NCBI GenBank assembly: GCA_048885865.1
Contig: JBHLLF010000027.1
Span: forward strand, 1 to 35,258
Direction: 5' to 3'
From: Candidatus Hermodarchaeota archaeon
GTDB taxonomy: Archaea > Asgardarchaeota > Thorarchaeia > Thorarchaeales > Thorarchaeaceae
Length of the DNA stretch: 35,258 nucleotides
In this document: piece after piece, positions 18,771 to 27,239 of the stretch
Numbering within the stretch: position 1 is the first letter of the stretch
Layout of the letters: every line of letters begins with the position of its first letter
Made by a program: the position numbers and the translations under genes
Notes under the pieces: model-generated
What the model was told of the DNA's origin: nothing
The model's input: only the letters and a program-made list of their open reading frames with translations
Database searches by the model: none

Positions 18771-19148
18771 CTAAGATTGCCTGCTTTCATAATCTTCGAT
18801 GGCTTTGTGCAGTGCGTCTGCAGCAAGATTACTGCAGTGCATCTTCTGAGGAGGCAATCCATCCAAGGCATCAGCGACTTCCTTCCTCGTTAATTCCTTG
18901 GCTTCTTCAAGAGTCATCCCTATTGCCATCTGTGTAGTGACTGATGATGTGGCAATAGCTGCGACGCAGCCGAAGGTCTCGATTTTGGCATCAGCGATTT
19001 TTCCATCCTCGACTTTGATATACATTCGGAGCATGTCCCCGCAGACTGGATTCCCGACAGTTCCAACTCCATCAGGATTCTCCATTTTACCCATGTTCTG
19101 CGGATTCTTGAACTCCTCCATCACCTTGTCGCTGTACACTTTGAGCAC
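18771..19148 (-). CDS. iscU: Fe-S cluster scaffold IscU/NifU
   Basis: YSDKVMEEFKNPQNMG, GNPVCGD, TFGCVAAIATSS, LPPQKMHCSNLA; all three Cys present. Confidence 0.97.
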   Translation of the reverse strand: MLKVYSDKVMEEFKNPQNMGKMENPDGVGTVGNPVCGDMLRMYIKVEDGKIADAKIETFGCVAAIATSSVTTQMAIGMTLEEAKELTRKEVADALDGLPPQKMHCSNLAADALHKAIEDYESRQS

Positions 19149-19196
19149 CCCTAATAGGAAACTAAAATTCGCGTATATTGTTTTCCTTCTAGTCCC

Positions 19197-21608
19197 TCAA
19201 GACTTCTTCTTGACGAACACGATGACGATTATCAATACAACAACTGCTCCTATTCCTCCGAGAGCAATGAACAACATGGGATCAAGGCCACCAGGTGTGG
19301 TGCCAGTAGGAGTTGTGGGTGAGGTGGGCGTTGTGGTGTCCGTAGTTGGTGTCGTTGTAGTTGGTAGTTCTTCAACTGTCACAGTAATAGTTGCACTCAA
19401 CACATTCCCATGCGTGTCGTTGCAAGAAATCTCCAGACCGTAGCTACCCGCTGCAAGGACTGTGGCATTGGTGATCACACCATTGCCATCAATTTCAAAG
19501 TCAGTAGTGTTCAGCCACCAGTTATCAATACCTGCAAGATCAGTCGCATCTACATCATAAGTAAAGTGTTCACCATACTCGATTACCTGGTTCTCAGGGG
19601 CTATAACCCAGCTTGGAAGAATTGTGTCCTCTACCGTTATGCCAATTAAAGCGCCCCGTGTATTCCCATAAGTATCATTCACATTGATAATTATGATGTA
19701 GATGTTCACTGCGAGGAACGTACTATTTGTAATCACTCCATCTGAGTCGATTGAGAACCCGCCACCGCCATATGTCAACCACCAGTGACTGATAGCAGAG
19801 GAGTCTGTTACATCTAGGTCATAATAGAAGGGATCACCATACTCAATTACTTGATCCTCAGGGGTGATAACCCAATCTGGAGGAGTTGTGTCCCAAGGCA
19901 CCACATAGATTGTGAACTCTGCTTGAATAGTGAAATTGTAGATATTAGTGACATTGACCATCAATTCGTATTCACCAAAAGCTAGAGCCCCTATCGGCTC
20001 AAGAGTGCCGTTCTCATCAATGGTAAAATGCACTACATCATTCACAGACCAAGTAACTGGAGCATAAGTGGTGATGTTGAGTTTGTAATAGAGAACGTCT
20101 AAATCAGTAATAGTCTGATCTTTTGGCGTTTCATTCCATCGGAATGGAATTGATCTGAACATCAATGGATGTGCATCTGAATGTCCAGCACTACCGCTGA
20201 TTGTATGGGGTGAGTCTCCAATACCATTCCCATTAGCATCTACACCAGCATAATCTGAATAGTAGTTGTAATCATACACATTGTCGTCATAGGCTGAATA
20301 CTGTCCGTCCTCTGCATCTACTGAGTTATCTTCAAAGATGTTCCACGAGATGGTATTGTTAATTGAATAGTAGTCGACCAAGACTCCTCGTGACCAGGGT
20401 AAACCGTCATTCTTACGACAGATGTTTTGAGTCACATCATTCCCTAATGTGTAGGGGCCGATGTGTATACCGTGGTCATTATTGTTGTTACACTCGTTGT
20501 TGGTCACATTCGTGTTATCCAAGTTCGTAAAGTACATCCCTGAATCGCCATTACCATCGCAGGTGTTATTGGTTAAGGTGCCGTCCGTACCGGCGTCAAA
20601 GTATATCCCTGAACCGACATTGAAACTGAAGTTGTTATTCGCTATTGTATGCTCTCCACCATTTGCGAATAAACCTCCACCCGAATTGCCAGTACCGGAG
20701 TTATTGATCACAGAGAGATAACTAGAGCTGAAATATATGCCATAATCTGCATTGTAATTACAGGTGTTGTTGACAAGAGTGCTATACATTGAACCCATAT
20801 GGGTGATACCCCTGAAGTTGTCATTACAAGTATTATTTGCCAGAGTGACATATTGCGCAAAATTTTCAACATATATTCCATAAGAATCCTGTCCGCTGAC
20901 ATTATTATTGGCAATAGTACTATAATCCGAATCAGATACAAGCATTCCATTATAGTTGCCAATAAGAGTACAATTGTCTACCGTGGTGTGTGGACTATGC
21001 CACAGATGAATTCCAAAACTAGGATTGTTTGAACAGATGTTGTCGATGATGGTGTTGTACCAACTATAATCAATTGACATGCCATAATCATTGAGGCTGC
21101 AATTATTGTCTACAATTGTATTATACCATGAATCAACGAGGTAGATGCCAAAATAGTTGCCAGTGCAGGTGTTGTTTATGATTCTCCCATTTTGTACGTT
21201 ATCCAGATTCAAACCCCTACTACTAGATGCATAAGCGAACTCGCAATTCTGTATCACAAAGTGGACTCTGGTATTTGATATATCGACACGTGGTGTCGCA
21301 CTCCCCCCAGAGGTTATACTTAGGTTTTCAATGATGAAGGGGTCTTCTAGTGTTCCATTTCCTTGCCACCCTTCAAGAAGAGCCGTGTCAGTGAAGTTGG
21401 TATCACCATCAATGTAGATTGGATCATGCGGGATACCTGAAAGAACCGCATTATTTCTTTCCTCTAAATCGAAAATAATCGATTGCGTTTCTGCATTATC
21501 AACAATAGCAGTGGGTGAGGATAGCGCTAGAAAAATTACGAATCCTAGCGCTGTGATAAACCAAAGTGGACCATTCTCTCCAGACATGATTATAATCATC
21601 CTTAGCAA
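19197..21608 (-). CDS. Membrane-anchored surface protein: parallel beta-helix + three Ig/cadherin-like repeats + Thr/Pro linker + TM; paralog of 13637-15649
   Basis: GWQGNGTLEDPFIIENL, many NNTC rungs, YNYYSDYAGVDANGNGIGDSPH, PxWVIxPExQVIEYG repeats, TTTTPTTDTTTPTSPTTPTG, TM followed by KKKS. True start may be ATG 21587. Confidence 0.9.
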   Translation of the reverse strand: MLRMIIIMSGENGPLWFITALGFVIFLALSSPTAIVDNAETQSIIFDLEERNNAVLSGIPHDPIYIDGDTNFTDTALLEGWQGNGTLEDPFIIENLSITSGGSATPRVDISNTRVHFVIQNCEFAYASSSRGLNLDNVQNGRIINNTCTGNYFGIYLVDSWYNTIVDNNCSLNDYGMSIDYSWYNTIIDNICSNNPSFGIHLWHSPHTTVDNCTLIGNYNGMLVSDSDYSTIANNNVSGQDSYGIYVENFAQYVTLANNTCNDNFRGITHMGSMYSTLVNNTCNYNADYGIYFSSSYLSVINNSGTGNSGGGLFANGGEHTIANNNFSFNVGSGIYFDAGTDGTLTNNTCDGNGDSGMYFTNLDNTNVTNNECNNNNDHGIHIGPYTLGNDVTQNICRKNDGLPWSRGVLVDYYSINNTISWNIFEDNSVDAEDGQYSAYDDNVYDYNYYSDYAGVDANGNGIGDSPHTISGSAGHSDAHPLMFRSIPFRWNETPKDQTITDLDVLYYKLNITTYAPVTWSVNDVVHFTIDENGTLEPIGALAFGEYELMVNVTNIYNFTIQAEFTIYVVPWDTTPPDWVITPEDQVIEYGDPFYYDLDVTDSSAISHWWLTYGGGGFSIDSDGVITNSTFLAVNIYIIIINVNDTYGNTRGALIGITVEDTILPSWVIAPENQVIEYGEHFTYDVDATDLAGIDNWWLNTTDFEIDGNGVITNATVLAAGSYGLEISCNDTHGNVLSATITVTVEELPTTTTPTTDTTTPTSPTTPTGTTPGGLDPMLFIALGGIGAVVVLIIVIVFVKKKS

Positions 21609-21747
21609 AGAAGTTACAAGACATCAACGAGCAAACTACAGCTTGCAATCCTAGTCTGGCGACTAATCTCCAACTCCTTTATACGCGTTCTTTGTGAATC
21701 AGGTAAATCTCCTATTAAATCAGAGGATTTTCTGAGTATATAGGGTC

Positions 21748-22434
21748 TTACTGTGACTTCTTTCTACGCTTGACAGATTTGGCAAGGGAAAGGATGAATT
21801 TCTCAAAGGGCTCCATAGCTTCTGGAACAAGAACCACAGAAGCGAACACATGAGGTTCCTTCCGGGAAATGGACAGGCGAGTTAAGAAAGGCGCGATGGC
21901 TTTGAAATCCGCGTAGAACTCCTGTTTCTCAAAGAGGCGCTCACCGGCTTCTAGATCGGATACTACAACATAGAACTGATCACTCAGATCGTCAATCAGT
22001 AGCTCGCTGGCACCTTCTATCTTGGGCTTCAATAACTCTTCCAGATTCTTCTTTTCTCTCTGAGTTGCCAGTTCGAGATTGAATAATGCAGGTCTTCCCA
22101 GGTTCGCCCGTATTTGGAGTTGGTCGGTTCGGCCGCGAATTTTGCAGTATGCAAAATGGAAGATGTTGGACCTGTCAAGCAATAGGATAGTTGATTCGAG
22201 TTTTGGCAGAGGACTATTTGATTTCTGATGATAGGAGAATTTGGCTCCAGTATTTCCAAGAAGTCTGACACTGACTTTTGAAGTCGTTGCTTCAAATCGA
22301 TTTGCTACATTCTGTGCAATCCTACTACGTAGCTTTGGTGTCTTCCATCGTCCTATCATCCATGTCCCAATCAAGAAGATTGCCACACCAAAGAGGACCA
22401 AATAACCTGTTTCAGCCAAGTTCTGCAATAGCAT
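21748..22434 (-). CDS. Single-pass membrane protein, CCDC47/DUF1682-like (PAT complex subunit-like)
   Basis: N-terminal TM then IGRWKTPKL; LLLDRSNIFHFAYCKIRGRTDQLQIRANL resembles remembered CCDC47 [30 protein letters not shown]. By-eye match only. Confidence 0.55.
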   Translation of the reverse strand: MLLQNLAETGYLVLFGVAIFLIGTWMIGRWKTPKLRSRIAQNVANRFEATTSKVSVRLLGNTGAKFSYHQKSNSPLPKLESTILLLDRSNIFHFAYCKIRGRTDQLQIRANLGRPALFNLELATQREKKNLEELLKPKIEGASELLIDDLSDQFYVVVSDLEAGERLFEKQEFYADFKAIAPFLTRLSISRKEPHVFASVVLVPEAMEPFEKFILSLAKSVKRRKKSQ

Positions 22435-22552
22435 ATACTCCAGTAAGCGATTAGGGGATAAATGACGTCTGTTTCTGTTCCTCCCTTTAAGACTTTGTGA
22501 ATCAAAATCGATATATTAGCCCTATTCCGAGGAATTGCGCAGTTGAATTGAG

Positions 22553-23170
22553 ATGAGAACAAACGAACAGGTAGATGATATGCGTGAGGTCTGTGTCGAA
22601 GCCTGGAACATGCTTTTTGGTCGTGCCATTTTCGCCTTTCTCTTTCTACCTGATTCCTGGGTGACCGGATATCAAATGAACGATCCGCTGGTCACCAATA
22701 GATTCCTCTACAAAGACCGTGTATGGGTTGGTTCGGGAGAGATTGAATGTCTTATTTCACGAAGACACAGCACGGAGAAGCGTCCCAACCTTGATTTCAG
22801 AGCCAAGATTGTCGTGGAATTGAAGAAGGATACGCCTATTGCACCGAGCCCGGAAACACTTCTTGAACATCACTTCAACAAAGGTCGAGAAGTAGTGGAA
22901 CATGGTGAATTGCATAGTGGAGATCATATTGGCAGCTATATTCTCTGGGCTTCCAAGCGTCCTCGCTTCGGATTCTTTGGATCCCCCCGCCTCAATGCAC
23001 AATTGATAGGCTTTGTCCCGTGTGACGAAACTTCTCGACTCATAAAGGTCATTTGGACTTCACCTACTCCTGAGTTGATTATTGAAGAATCCGATGTGTT
23101 GATTTCGTCATTGAACTCTCTTTTATGTCATGGACACGACATAGAATCATACGAAGATGACCTTCTATAG
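22553..23170 (+). CDS. Hypothetical protein upstream of cstA
   Basis: 205-aa ORF (start may be ATG 22580) with beta-rich pattern, C-terminal CDET...LCHGH. Confidence 0.7.
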   Translation: MRTNEQVDDMREVCVEAWNMLFGRAIFAFLFLPDSWVTGYQMNDPLVTNRFLYKDRVWVGSGEIECLISRRHSTEKRPNLDFRAKIVVELKKDTPIAPSPETLLEHHFNKGREVVEHGELHSGDHIGSYILWASKRPRFGFFGSPRLNAQLIGFVPCDETSRLIKVIWTSPTPELIIEESDVLISSLNSLLCHGHDIESYEDDLL

Positions 23171-23246
23171 ACATATAGTTCCTGAAGAGATTGGAAAACA
23201 ATAGAAAACGAAGTATTTAATGGGGACCAATGCTACTCGTTTGCAA

Positions 23247-23295
23247 CCGAGACCGAGAATCCCCGAGGAGAGAGAGGGTTTCGGCCTTGGAGGTG
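23247..23295 (+). promoter_or_regulatory. Imperfect leader hairpin abutting the cstA Shine-Dalgarno
   Basis: CCGAGACCGAGAATCC pairs (with G-U and one mismatch) with GGGTTTCGGCCTTGG; SD GGAGGTG at 23289-23295; TATA-like TATTTAAT at 23214-23221. Confidence 0.45.
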
Positions 23296-23302
23296 GTTAG
23301 GT

Positions 23303-25084
23303 ATGCAAACACTTTCACCTGCAATATTTATCGGGGTCGGACTTGTAATCTACATATTTGGCTATTGGTTATACGCCAGATACGTAGATCGCAATGTTTG
23401 GGGCCCTGATGCAAAAGTAAAAACGCCTGCGCACATGTACATGGATGGTGTTGAGTTCTTCCCCACCTCAAAGAGTGTATTGTTCGGTTTCCAATTCAAA
23501 TCCATAGCAGCTCTCGGTCCTATTAGCGGTCCGTTTATAGCGCTAGTATTTGGCTGGTTGCCAGCATTCCTCTGGATAGTATTTGGCACATTCTTCATTG
23601 GTTGGATTCATGATTACACATCGGTCATGATAACAGTGCGCAGTGAGGGAGAATCCTTTGGTCCGATTGCCTATCGGATGGTAGGATCCCGAGCCCGCAA
23701 AGGTTTGATGGGCTTCATCATCTTCTATCTGATTCTAGTGATGGCTGTCTTCGCATACATCTGTGGAGCGTTCTTTAGAGCATTCCCACAGAGTATCATT
23801 CCGACAATCTTCGTGATTGCTGGAGGGGCATTTGCTGGAATCATGATGTACAGAAGAAAGATGAGCATTGTAATCTCCACTATTGTAGGCATGCTGTTCA
23901 TGGTTGTTGGCATCATATTGGGCATCTGGCTCTATGTAGAGGGCTATTTGGCCTGGGTGTCCACAACTCCGGTAGAATGGTGGATTATACTATCCCTGGT
24001 ACTAGTGTACTTTGGTGCTACATTAGCAATAACAGATTGGGCGCAACCAGTAAATTACGTTGCTTTCTGGCCATGTTTTGTAGCGGTGCTACTCATCATT
24101 GCCGGAGCTCTGCTTAGTCCACTTACACAGACAGTGGCAGAACCAGTTGCGGTTCAGATAGATCCGGTGATCACTCTGTTTACAGAGTCAAGTGGACCTA
24201 TTTGGCCAATTCTTTTCGTGGCAATTGCCTGTGGTGCTGTTTCTGGCTGGCATAGCCTAGTGGGAAGCAGTGCAACTGGAAAGCAAATCGCATCTGAGGT
24301 CGATGCTCTTCCTGTTGCTGGTGGCTCTATGTTCCTAGAAGGAGTCCTGGCAATGTGTGCGATGTCAGCATATGTTGTCATTCCAGAGGCACAAAGAGTA
24401 GGAGCATGGTTCGCCAACTTCCCGACCGGTGCAGCGATTCTCACTCAAGGTATGTTTGGTGGTGCTGCTGTATCCGGTATCGTGTTAGTTGCGTTCTTTG
24501 CTATGGTTCTAGAGCTCTATGCAATTACAGTGTTGCAGCTCATGCCTCGGTTCTTCCGTTTGGCTGCAGCTGACCTCGCTGGGCAATCGGTGATTGCTCC
24601 TCTGTTTCGAAATAAATGGATTGGGGCATTCATTGGAGTTCTAATTGCGTTCATCTTCGCGGCTACTGGCGCCTGGTATCACATATGGCTATTGTTCGGC
24701 GGCAGCAACCAGCTGCTTGCAGGACTTGCTCTGATGCTTGCGTCGGTGTATCTGGTACGTGCAAAGAAACCCACATACTATACGCTTGTCCCTGCTGTCT
24801 TCATGATTTTCACATGTGAGGCAGCACTCGTATGGGAAGCATGGGTGTTTGTCCAAGCCCTCATGAGTGCCACAGGCTATTATGCACAAGCCGGTAGTCT
24901 AGTAGACCTTCTAGCCCAAGGAGGCAATGCGTTGCCAGCAATCGCACTGACTTGGACTTTCCTCGGCATCGCAATAATATTGTTCTTCCTTGGATGGCTC
25001 GTCTTTGCCGACGCCTGGGCTGCATTAAGACGCGGTCCTGAGCAAACAGATGTATCAGTGGAAGTATCGACTCCAGTACAGTAG
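23303..25084 (+). CDS. cstA: Carbon starvation protein A (CstA) family transporter, atypical motif variant
   Basis: TPAHMYMDGVEFFPT, VLFGFQFKSIAALGPISGP, FGWLPAFLWI, GWIHDY, IACGAVSGWHSLVGS, WLLFGGSNQLLAG; many TM helices. Confidence 0.93.
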   Translation: MQTLSPAIFIGVGLVIYIFGYWLYARYVDRNVWGPDAKVKTPAHMYMDGVEFFPTSKSVLFGFQFKSIAALGPISGPFIALVFGWLPAFLWIVFGTFFIGWIHDYTSVMITVRSEGESFGPIAYRMVGSRARKGLMGFIIFYLILVMAVFAYICGAFFRAFPQSIIPTIFVIAGGAFAGIMMYRRKMSIVISTIVGMLFMVVGIILGIWLYVEGYLAWVSTTPVEWWIILSLVLVYFGATLAITDWAQPVNYVAFWPCFVAVLLIIAGALLSPLTQTVAEPVAVQIDPVITLFTESSGPIWPILFVAIACGAVSGWHSLVGSSATGKQIASEVDALPVAGGSMFLEGVLAMCAMSAYVVIPEAQRVGAWFANFPTGAAILTQGMFGGAAVSGIVLVAFFAMVLELYAITVLQLMPRFFRLAAADLAGQSVIAPLFRNKWIGAFIGVLIAFIFAATGAWYHIWLLFGGSNQLLAGLALMLASVYLVRAKKPTYYTLVPAVFMIFTCEAALVWEAWVFVQALMSATGYYAQAGSLVDLLAQGGNALPAIALTWTFLGIAIILFFLGWLVFADAWAALRRGPEQTDVSVEVSTPVQ

Positions 25085-25089
25085 AATAG

Positions 25090-25123
25090 AGTAGCCGAAA
25101 GGCTACTTCTTCTTTTTATTTTT
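25090..25123 (+). terminator. Hairpin (GAAA tetraloop) + T-tract after cstA
   Basis: AGTAGCC-GAAA-GGCTACT perfect 7-bp stem followed by TCTTCTTTTTATTTTT. Confidence 0.7.
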
Positions 25124-25191
25124 GTAAAAGGTACAAGTCATAATACTAATCTGCATTATATGATACCGCAGAGCTATCGGGTGGATATCAT

Positions 25192-25443
25192 TTGCATGTT
25201 TTCAAGAAGCTCAAAGAGTTTTGGGACGGAGTCTGGGCCGCTCAAAAGGAGAACCTTGCGCGCCCACTCATCAAGGCTACAACGTATCAGAATGATGCAA
25301 TGATTGTGACAATCTTTGGTGATTTCTTGGGATACCCATTTCAGTCAAATTTCTATTCTAGAAGATTATTCGTCTACTGGTTGGACAAGATTGATCCATG
25401 GCGCAAGCGAATACTAAAGGAAAAGGACTTCACTGATATGTAG
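25192..25443 (+). CDS. Small CstA/ArsA-associated protein (cory-CC-star-like), paralog 1
   Basis: DAMIVTIFGDFLGYPFQSNFYSRRLF..W....PWRKRILKEKDF; TTG start. Confidence 0.75.
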   Translation: MHVFKKLKEFWDGVWAAQKENLARPLIKATTYQNDAMIVTIFGDFLGYPFQSNFYSRRLFVYWLDKIDPWRKRILKEKDFTDM

Positions 25444-25566
25444 ATTTCACCTGGGCGTAGTTCTGTGGCACCTGAAGTTTTTTCACTTCAATTGAAATAG
25501 GGATAGTCCATAACACTAATTTGTGCTAACGCAGTAATCAGCTGTAATACCATAGGTGACTGTCAT

Positions 25567-25827
25567 TTGCAAGTTATCAAGGCTATTAGAGAATTCCTAC
25601 TAGGAGTTTGGGAGTCGCAAAAAGCTAGTCTTGCTGGACCTTTAATTAAGACTAAGGTTCATCTCGATGATGCCATGATGCTCGTGATCTTGGGCGAGCT
25701 CCTGGGGTATCCATTTCAATCAACTTTCTATTCCAGGCTTTTCTTTGTACACCTATTAGAGGAGCTGACTCCTTGGAAGAGACGGCTTTTGAGAGAGCAA
25801 GATGTCATCCTTTGCATGGAAGATTGA
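25567..25827 (+). CDS. Small CstA/ArsA-associated protein, paralog 2
   Basis: DAMMLVILGELLGYPFQSTFYSRLFF...PWKRRLLREQD; closest to paralog 1; TTG start. Confidence 0.75.
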   Translation: MQVIKAIREFLLGVWESQKASLAGPLIKTKVHLDDAMMLVILGELLGYPFQSTFYSRLFFVHLLEELTPWKRRLLREQDVILCMED

Positions 25828-25892
25828 ATCCGCCTTCGTTTGATGAAAAGAGTTATAGCAGGTTTCTATCTGTCAACGAAGGGGATTGAGAT

Positions 25893-26180
25893 ATGAACGC
25901 ACACAAGGATGTTGAAGAACCTGAACAGGAACGAGGCGCAAAAGGGGCTGTGAAAGACTTCTTCTATGGTATGGCAATGCAAGGCATGGCTAGGTATGCC
26001 TTGAAGACACGAATGTACCTTGAACAGCTCTTCATGCTCATCACTCTGGGCGATATGCTAGGTATTCCCATCCTTCCTCCATACTATTCACTTAAGCTTC
26101 TACCCTATGCTGTGCCGAATATTAAGACTTGGAAGCGAACCCTGTTCAAGGAACGTGACTTCACGGACGCCCTCTTTTAG
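25893..26180 (+). CDS. Small CstA/ArsA-associated protein, paralog 3
   Basis: LEQLFMLITLGDMLGIPILPPYYSLKLLPY...WKR; matches the remembered LFMLL..LG.P.P..YY.L.LLP pattern of small genes found between cstA and arsA. Confidence 0.8.
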   Translation: MNAHKDVEEPEQERGAKGAVKDFFYGMAMQGMARYALKTRMYLEQLFMLITLGDMLGIPILPPYYSLKLLPYAVPNIKTWKRTLFKERDFTDALF

Positions 26181-26227
26181 GCTGGTGATTCATAATCTCT
26201 GCTACATATCCAATTGGGTGAATTATA

Positions 26228-27235
26228 TTGTCCAAAAAAATGAGTACCTTCTTCGAATCTAATCCGGACTTAAAAATCGCGGTCTTTGCCGGAAAGGGAG
26301 GTCTGGGTAAAACCACATGTAGTGCCGCATTAGCGTCTTGGCTTGCAAAGAAGAGACAACGAATCCTTTGCTTTAGTACTGACCCCCAAGCATCATTATC
26401 TGACATCTTTGAGAAAGATGTTTTTGGAAAGGGGTCTGTTACTCTAGCCAAGAATCTGCACGTTATGGAAATTGACGCAGACAAGCGCATCGCCGCTTTT
26501 CAGGAAGAGATTCGACAGCAAATCAAGGACATGTATGGCATTGATGAGATTCCCAAGGAGATTGATGAATACATAAATGCGGCAGGGGCCGAGCCAGCGA
26601 TGCATGAATCCGCCACTTATGATGCGATGGCTGGATTGCTCGCCTCTGATGAATATGGTTTTCATGTCTTTGATATGCCCCCCTTTGGTCATGGCATTCG
26701 AATCGTATCAATGGCTCGAATACTCGATGTCTGGGTAGAGAAGATGGAAGAAACGCGAAAGAAAGCTCAAGAATATGGCGAGTCAGCCTGGCAGATGCAG
26801 CGAAGAACCTCCGGCGCTGGGCAAGACGAGATGCTTGCTGAATTAATAGAGATCCGGAAGAAGCTAAGCTTCTTCCAGAGTATTCTTACTGATGCCAAAC
26901 GAACCGCTTTCTATATGGTTGTCACTCCTGAGAAGATGTCAATTCTAGACACCGAACGTGCATTGAAAATGTTTGAGCAAATGGACATCACACTAACCGG
27001 CGTCATTATCAACCAAGTGTATCCAAGAGAGCTGCTTAAGCGGGATGATCTTAGTCAGTTTCTTCGTGAGCGCATTGAAATGCAGCAGAGGTATATGGTT
27101 GAGATCAAAGAGAAACTAGGCAAGCGTGTATGCGCAGTAATCCCGATGTTTGACAGAGAGCCAAAGGGTCTCGAGATGATAGGCAAAGTTGCTGATGTTA
27201 TGATGAATTGGGATGGAAAGATAACGGAGGAGTAG
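26228..27235 (+). CDS. ArsA/GET3 family ATPase (catalytic Asp retained)
   Basis: GKGGLGKTT, STDPQASLSD, MEIDA, FDMPPFGH, VVTPEKMSILDTER, GVIINQ, EPKGL. Confidence 0.93.
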   Translation: MSKKMSTFFESNPDLKIAVFAGKGGLGKTTCSAALASWLAKKRQRILCFSTDPQASLSDIFEKDVFGKGSVTLAKNLHVMEIDADKRIAAFQEEIRQQIKDMYGIDEIPKEIDEYINAAGAEPAMHESATYDAMAGLLASDEYGFHVFDMPPFGHGIRIVSMARILDVWVEKMEETRKKAQEYGESAWQMQRRTSGAGQDEMLAELIEIRKKLSFFQSILTDAKRTAFYMVVTPEKMSILDTERALKMFEQMDITLTGVIINQVYPRELLKRDDLSQFLRERIEMQQRYMVEIKEKLGKRVCAVIPMFDREPKGLEMIGKVADVMMNWDGKITEE

Positions 27236-27239
27236 AAGA

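Noticed and set aside
16429-19148. CRISPR array, prophage or DGR template/variable repeats
   Set aside because: The repeats are coding iscU fragments with synonymous third-position changes of all base types rather than adenine-specific ones; no cas, reverse transcriptase, integrase or phage genes are in the window.
18898-19443. 181-aa plus-strand ORF with Val-rich stretch
   Set aside because: Antisense of iscU and of the Thr/Pro linker of the surface protein.
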